A stretch of DNA of 64,000 bases from an uncultured Nitrososphaeraceae archaeon. Lineage in GTDB: Archaea; Thermoproteota; Nitrososphaeria; Nitrososphaerales; Nitrososphaeraceae. The DNA is taken from positions 160,001 to 224,000 of the forward strand of contig CAWGVG010000021.1 of assembly GCA_963825865.1 (NCBI GenBank). The letters run 5' to 3'. Shown here piece by piece: positions 57,782 to 64,000 of the stretch (positions are counted from its first letter, which is position 1; every line of letters begins with the position of its first letter). The translations under genes were made by a program, and so were the position numbers. The notes beneath the pieces are model-generated. The model ran no database searches and was not told the origin of the DNA. It worked only from the letters and a program-made list of their open reading frames with translations.

Positions 57782-58902
57782 GCATCCAATAATAATCACC
57801 GCCTAAACAAACACTATCACCTTTTGGTTAATCGAGAAAAAATGCCGTAGCAGGGGAGTCAGATAGTAAAAGAGTAAAAGCACACAGGGTTTCATATATA
57901 AGCCGTTGCTAATATTATATGCAGCTCATTTTTGTTGTTTAAGTTGAATTGTGATATGTCAAGTGAAAACATATAATTAAATTCATTTCAGCACAGATTT
58001 GGATTAAATGTATCATTCTTCTACAAGGGCTAAATGAAGACAAAATTCCTTGGCCATTTGAACTTCCCACTTATCTCATGACCTATATTTTCTGCTATGC
58101 GTAATGAATATTAGCACTGGGAGCTTTTTTGAATAAATTGACAAGCATTATGTTCTCTTTTAGGAATATCGGTTCGTTTCCTCCAGAAAATATGAAGGCA
58201 TGAACAGGTTTACGGCTTAACAAACACAACAAAATTACAGACATAGCTAATAAAGGAAAACAAACTTGCAGCCGCTCCGATGACGATGTGAATGTCAATG
58301 TTGTTAACGACAATAACATTTTGATGTTGTGAGTCATAAGTACTTAACAAACATAATAGTAGTGTCTATATAGACAGCATTACATAACGAGCAGTTTTTG
58401 TTGCTAAGCATCACTACTTCTATGCGTTTGGTCAATATGTACGCTCAATTCATGAATGTCATCAAATTCTTTTCCGCAAACCTCACATACAGGGTGGTGA
58501 GGATGCTCATCAGTGTTTGTTTTCATGACATAACATTAACAAAACAGAATAAAAAAGTTACGAGGCTTGATTCCTCATTGATAGAACGTTGTGGATTAGA
58601 AAGAGTTGAGGAAAGATGGATTTATTATATTACTTTTTATAATATACTTTATATCTTAATACTGCCGTCAACTTGGCTTTTTTGTACATATTGGGGCCAA
58701 AGTTAGATTCCAAAGGAAATCATTGAAGTTGATTTTATCTAAATCACTATTACTATCTTTTCATATTACATGAAACAGATATCAGCATATTTTCAAGCGA
58801 ACTCATATACATATCTTACAATAATACACAGGACAGAAATTGGTCTGCTGCTGCTGTCGTTATTCATCTAGTATTATATATATTACAGCTTGTTTATTTG
58901 TT

Positions 58903-59880
58903 GTGCTGGCTATCAAAGCAGCGGAAATTACCAAGGTATACAAAGGCTCTAGAGATATTGCTTTAAACAGCGTTTCGTTGAATATAGAATCTGGTAAAAT
59001 CTTTACACTGTTAGGTAGAAATGGTGCTGGCAAAACCACTTTCGTAAGAATCTGTGCTACCCAGTTAATGCCAACTACCGGATCTATACACGTTCTAGGA
59101 TATGATATTTTGAAGGAGCCAGGAAAGATAAGGAACCTTATTTCTATAGTGCCTCAGGAGGGTCGGCCGTTAAGAGCACTGACACCTTGGGACCATGTTT
59201 ATAACTGGCTACAAATTAGGGGTGAAAACAAAGATGAAGCGAAAGAAAAGACCGAAAATATTTTACATAAACTAGAAATTTATGAAGCGAAAGATACGCC
59301 TGCAATGAACCTTTCAGGAGGCATGAAACAAAAAGTTCTACTCGCAATGTCAATGGCTATAGACACTCAATTACTATTTCTTGATGAGCCTACGATAGGA
59401 CTTGACCCTATCTCTAGACGTCAGGTCTGGTCAGCTATCAAGGATTGGAAAAAGGATGGCCGGTCGATCCTTTTGACAACCCATTACATGGATGAAGCTG
59501 AGATGCTTTCAGATAATATTGTGATAATAGATAAAGGTAAAATAACTGCGCAGGGGAGAATGCAAGACTTGCGAAAGATAATACCGCAGAATATAAGAAT
59601 AGATATTGCAAAGAACGGAATTGATACGGATCTACTAAAGTCTTTTGGATCCGTGGTAGACACTGGATCAGGCACTATGAGAGTGTTCACTTACGAATCA
59701 GCTATCAAAGAATTATCCGAACTAGCTATGAAAATGAAACTTTCCTTTACAATTTCACCGATAACATTAGATGATGTATTTGTTTCAATTGTAGGGGGAG
59801 ATGAAAAAGGTGGTAACAATTGGGAATCCCACTCCATTGATGGCAGACAAAAAAATAATAATAATAATACTAACGATTGA
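58903..59880 (+). CDS. ABC transporter ATP-binding protein (DrrA/CcmA type)
   Basis: GRNGAGKT, LSGGMKQ, LFLDEPT, TTHYMDEAE. Confidence 0.93.
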   Translation: MLAIKAAEITKVYKGSRDIALNSVSLNIESGKIFTLLGRNGAGKTTFVRICATQLMPTTGSIHVLGYDILKEPGKIRNLISIVPQEGRPLRALTPWDHVYNWLQIRGENKDEAKEKTENILHKLEIYEAKDTPAMNLSGGMKQKVLLAMSMAIDTQLLFLDEPTIGLDPISRRQVWSAIKDWKKDGRSILLTTHYMDEAEMLSDNIVIIDKGKITAQGRMQDLRKIIPQNIRIDIAKNGIDTDLLKSFGSVVDTGSGTMRVFTYESAIKELSELAMKMKLSFTISPITLDDVFVSIVGGDEKGGNNWESHSIDGRQKNNNNNTND

Positions 59881-60093
59881 GAGATATCCAACTGGAATTG
59901 GGCATTTGTCTAAATCCCTCCCAGATTTAGGAACTACTCTAAGAATATGAACAGATAGCGGGGTGGGGAGACATTTCTTTCCTGTTTCCACACATTAGTA
60001 GTGTACTACACCACTATTACCTAACGGCCGGGGTTTTTTAGCATCATATATATTATGAAATGTTAGCGATCCGAATTCTAATATGATTTTTAA

Positions 60094-60441
60094 TCAGAAT
60101 TTACGCATCTTAAGAAGGTTACCTCTAATAATATCGAAGCCAGGAGAACTATAAGTTCCTGGATTCAAATATCTGCTTGAAAGGTATTTGGTAATGTCTC
60201 CTCCAGATAACATATCATGTTTGCTCCACGCCGTAAAGTTGGTCGAAAGGTCTGATAACCCCGTATCGTCCCTTGTATCACCCACAATATTGCAATAGGT
60301 GCTTGTAGGAGAACATACTGCTTGAATATTGGTTCCTTTTTTAATCCATTTTAGGTAAAGACTCTGGTTAGAGTCAGTTAATTTTTCCCAACAAGGGTCA
60401 GTTTCAACTGCCCATCTAAGAATTTTCTGTGCATCTTGCAT
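60094..60441 (-). CDS. hypothetical protein
   Basis: 115-aa ORF, no motif recognised. Confidence 0.4.
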   Translation of the reverse strand: MQDAQKILRWAVETDPCWEKLTDSNQSLYLKWIKKGTNIQAVCSPTSTYCNIVGDTRDDTGLSDLSTNFTAWSKHDMLSGGDITKYLSSRYLNPGTYSSPGFDIIRGNLLKMRKF

Positions 60442-61021
60442 TCACTTTTTTTAGTGTTAGCTATTAATTAATTTTTTGAATCCAATATTTTCATTTTTTG
60501 CTCAGTTATATATTGGGGGTTGTAGGCATACAAGAATAAACTTGAATCTGAATATATCGCAAGTTTACAGTCGCAAGTTGCGTTTATCGACAGAAAAATG
60601 AAATTATCAGAAATATATCCAAATCATTCATAAAAAGATATGGTCAGTGTTATAAGAAGCAAAACCTATGCTTTTAACTTGTTTAAGTAATTATAAAGAA
60701 TATTTACTAATAAAAATATAACAAAAATATGGAGATAAATTGAAAGAAGGCATAAAAATCTACTTTAATGAATTTACTGTCTCCTCCGAGATAATAACGG
60801 TCAAATTAGTAAAATGAGAATACGTCTTTAAATCTTATTGTTCTCTTTCTCTTTTCTATCAATAATCTATAAATAATACAGATAATATCTAATATTTTAG
60901 CTTAAAAAGATGGAAATCAGCTAAATCTATCAAAGTGATGCTAAAACAAACGTCATTAATCATAATGTTTATATATTAAAATAAAATATTTATAAAAGAT
61001 GGCGACTGCCGTCAAGATTTT

Positions 61022-61952
61022 GTGGAGAAAAAATTGGTAAGAGATATATCAATGTTTAGCGGTAATAGATGTCCCCGCTGTGGAAAGGGCCCAATGGTTA
61101 CTGATAACTCTAGCGGAGAGATGTTCTGTGGTAACTGTGGATTTGTGGTTACTGAGAGAATAGAAGAAACAGGGCCTGAATGGCGTGCATTTTCTAAAGA
61201 AGAACATGAGGACAGAAGCCGTGCAGGTATTCCTACGTCACTTGCTATGCACGACATGGGTCTTGCAACCATTATCGGACCTGTCGACAAAGATGCTTCT
61301 GGAAAACCATTGTCTGCATCAATGAAAAGTACAATTGAAAGGTTAAGAACATGGGACAGCAGAAGTCAGGTTCACGAGCCTGTCGATCGTAATTTTAGAC
61401 AAGCATTTAGTGAATTAGATAGATTAAAGGATAAACTAGCAGTAGGCGATGCTGTAATTGAAAAGGCTGCTTATGTATATAGAAAAGCTCTTGAAAAAGG
61501 ACTGGTAAGAGGACGATCAATTTCTGCTTTGGTAGCAGCTGCGCTTTATGCTGCCTGTCGAGACACAGAAACACCAAGAACACTAAAAGACATTGCTAAT
61601 GCAAGTAACATCAAGAAAAAAGATGTTGCAAGATGCTATAGATTACTTATCAGAGAACTTGATCTCAAAATGCCAGTAGTAGATCCAGTCAAATGTGTTG
61701 CAAGGATTGCAAGCAAAGCTGGGCTTTCAGAAAAAACAAAACGCAAAGCACTTGAAATATTAAAGAAGGCGGAAGAAGGCAAGATTTCAGCTGGCAAAGA
61801 CCCAATGGGTCTTGCTGCAGCGAGCGTTATATGTTGCCTGTGTAATGAATGGAGAGAATAAGACACAAAAAGATGTTGCAGAAGCAGCAGGTGTAACTGA
61901 AGTTACTATCAGAAATCGATACAAAGGCCTAAAGCTCCACCTCAAGCTTTAA
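61022..61952 (+). CDS. tfb: transcription initiation factor IIB (frameshift near 61825)
   Basis: CPRCG...[34 protein letters not shown], then [21 protein letters not shown]. Confidence 0.96.
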
Positions 61953-62394
61953 TGGCATCCACTAACTTTCTTCTTTTATTTAATAATTCTCTCAAAATAG
62001 CTAAATCTTCATCAATTCCTGAGGAATTGTTGTTGTTAGACTTTAACACCTCTTCAATTGTGAGAAGGAGCATAGCAATATCCGAATCTGCAGACAAAAG
62101 CCTATCTAACTCATTTACCTTGACAATTCCATTTGGTGTCAAGGTAAATTCATAACCACTTGACACTACAGTCGAAATAGATAATAATTCCTGGTAATTG
62201 CTATTACTTATAAGTGGTTTTATCGAATTTATCCTCGATTTTGTATTATACGCAACCAATCTACTCACAGCACGCATCTCCACATAACTTGAACGTCCCG
62301 TAGCCATGCTTTTTTGTGTAATTGCTGCAATTCTAATTGTTCCATTTAAATTCGATGCTTGTCTATTCTTTTGAGGCCTTATGGATTTATGCAT
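61942..62394 (-). CDS. hypothetical protein
   Basis: 150-aa ORF convergent with tfb. Confidence 0.45.
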   Translation of the reverse strand: MHKSIRPQKNRQASNLNGTIRIAAITQKSMATGRSSYVEMRAVSRLVAYNTKSRINSIKPLISNSNYQELLSISTVVSSGYEFTLTPNGIVKVNELDRLLSADSDIAMLLLTIEEVLKSNNNNSSGIDEDLAILRELLNKRRKLVDAIKA

Positions 62395-62540
62395 TAAGCG
62401 GGATTTTACCCGGCCGGCTTAAATGCCTTCGGTTAACGGTAAATAAGGAAGTTTAGCATACATAGATAAATAGATATACTACCGCTAATGTGACAGGTGT
62501 GTAGATTATATTTTTTTGTAGTATGTAATTTAGAATTATT

Positions 62541-62849
62541 CTACTGCACTTCTATTGCAGATTCGTTAAAGCCCATCTTGACAAGATATCCTTTGACATC
62601 CTCCTTATGATCACCTTGCAGCATAATGAAACCGTCCTTTGCAGTTCCACCACATGCAAGCCTGCTCTTTAATTCTTTGACAATATGTTGAATATCACTC
62701 AACTTGGGATCTATACCTTCAATCATTGTAGTTGTTTTTGAAAAACGTCTTTTTTCCAGGCGGACTACAATTCGAGTATCTTCTTTATCGAGTTCTCCAC
62801 AAGCACACAAATCATCTGGCAGACCACATTTTTTGCATATAACCGCCAT
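62541..62849 (-). CDS. translation initiation factor aIF1/SUI1
   Basis: CKKCGLPDDLCAC, RRFSK..TMIEG, LKSRLACGGT, LQGDH. Confidence 0.95.
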   Translation of the reverse strand: MAVICKKCGLPDDLCACGELDKEDTRIVVRLEKRRFSKTTTMIEGIDPKLSDIQHIVKELKSRLACGGTAKDGFIMLQGDHKEDVKGYLVKMGFNESAIEVQ

Positions 62850-63126
62850 CTTTTAGTAACCTATGTTCTCGTTTCCTATTATTAAGCCTTGCCCGATTAA
62901 TTTTCAACATTTTATTGTAATCACTTATAACAGAAAGCAAAATGTATGAACTTTTAAATTGATCTTCTCTCTCTCTGTCTCTAAAAATAGATCTTCTTCC
63001 ATAATCCATACTATCAAAAAATTGGAATCTAATCTGTAAAATAATATAGTAGATCTAAATCGTTAACAGGCACTCAAATTATTCGAACGGAATGTATTTA
63101 AAGCCTGCAAATAACCTTGATTTATA

Positions 63127-63294
63127 ATGAGTAGCAAGAAGAAGAATGCTCCTTTGCCTGCTTCAAGCGCTGGCCTATTGAGATTCTTTGAAGATGAGAC
63201 AAGAGGAGTGAAGGTGAAGCCTGAAGTTGTATTGGGTATCACTGGAGGGCTCATTGGTATATCTCTCTTGATAAGAGTCATATTTCCAGTGTGA
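63127..63294 (+). CDS. secG: preprotein translocase Sec61-beta (SecG)
   Basis: MSSKKKNAPLPASSAGLLRFFEDETRGVKVKPEVV plus TM helix; 55 aa. Confidence 0.9.
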   Translation: MSSKKKNAPLPASSAGLLRFFEDETRGVKVKPEVVLGITGGLIGISLLIRVIFPV

Positions 63295-63326
63295 GAATGA
63301 GAATGACCTGAATGTTTAATTCCAGA

Positions 63327-64000
63327 ATGGATAGTGTATCCAACATTCATAGAAGATGGTCTCTAACAAGGCTAAATCCCTCTTCCTATAAAATCTCTTA
63401 CATCATATCGGTTCTAAGTGCAACAATCCTCATCTTTATCTTTCATATGTATTACACTAAAACAGATCAAATCAACTTGGTAATTTCACTACCTCTAGGA
63501 ATAACTGCATTAACAGGTGCAAATTTTCTAGATTTTTTTGCTCTTCGTGGAACCCCTATAAACAAAATTTCGAAAATTGTTCATGTTTCCGCATTTGCCA
63601 ATTTTCTTTGGGTTTCCACCGTGTCGTTTGGAATTGCTTCAGACGCATTATTCTCAAAAACTGGAAGTTCAGTCAATTACGTTATTGAAGGAATGTTGCT
63701 AGCTGTTGGCTTACGTATAGGCATACTCTCCTCAGTTTTTGGTGCAAGTCTTCGCAGAGCTATACCAGTATCCTTCATTCAGCCATTAATTTTTCTATTT
63801 ACTATTGTAAATTCTTTTGTCTTTTATCATGATGCTTTAATGTATCCAATTGGCCTTGGTTTTGGTTTTACTCTTGTAATGCTCGCTATTATATGGTCCA
63901 TTATCGCAGATAGGGCTGGAAGACCAGCTATTAGAAGTACATTTGGAATTTTACAAGCATTTCTTGCGGCATGGACCGACAATAAAGCAGACAAGATGGA
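63327..64000 (+). CDS. DUF2070-like membrane protein (runs off the window)
   Basis: MDSVSNIHRRW..., multiple TM helices, DRAGRP..STF.ILQAFLAAW; follows Sec61-beta. Confidence 0.7.
   Translation, partial: MDSVSNIHRRWSLTRLNPSSYKISYIISVLSATILIFIFHMYYTKTDQINLVISLPLGITALTGANFLDFFALRGTPINKISKIVHVSAFANFLWVSTVSFGIASDALFSKTGSSVNYVIEGMLLAVGLRIGILSSVFGASLRRAIPVSFIQPLIFLFTIVNSFVFYHDALMYPIGLGFGFTLVMLAIIWSIIADRAGRPAIRSTFGILQAFLAAWTDNKADKM

Noticed and set aside
15866-61952. Frameshifts in ribB, ribH, TFB, DEAD helicase, MDR, ProDH and tag as programmed frameshifting or mass pseudogenisation
   Set aside because: These are isolated single-base indels in otherwise well-conserved genes with no common slippery motif; long-read consensus error is more parsimonious.
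62397-62440. GC-rich stretch as tRNA or ncRNA
   Set aside because: Too short; no cloverleaf, T-loop or recognisable boxes.
63063-63350. 95-aa minus-strand ORF
   Set aside because: Antisense to the Sec61-beta gene.

Overview
AT-rich archaeal DNA, most likely from a soil ammonia-oxidising archaeon (Nitrososphaeraceae). The evidence is an ADP-forming 4-hydroxybutyrate-CoA ligase, TFE, TFB, aIF1A, aIF1/SUI1, S19e, L13e, Rpp21, a thaumarchaeal riboflavin cluster and typical lineage-expanded families. Many housekeeping genes carry single-base frameshifts (ribB, ribH, TFB, DEAD helicase, MDR, ProDH), which most likely reflect long-read indel errors, so pseudogene calls are tentative. Conserved blocks alternate with mosaic accessory islands. 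Three islands start with a tyrosine-recombinase gene or its 5' fragment. (i) 6890-9905 has short imperfect inverted ends. (ii) 11615-15728 is the most unusual structure: ~175-bp terminal inverted repeats that each encode the integrase N-terminus, flanked by a 10-bp direct repeat at the PDCD5 stop codon. (iii) 19148-24817 is flanked by ~63-bp direct repeats. A recurring 11-bp motif (TTATCARCTAA), sometimes in a dif-like 11-6-11 layout, marks several island borders. Also present are three IS481 copies, two IS5-like elements, a TnpB-only IS200/IS605 element and a virus/plasmid-like relic region (~41-47.7 kb). No tRNA, rRNA or CRISPR array was recognised. All family assignments come from motif recognition, not database searches.
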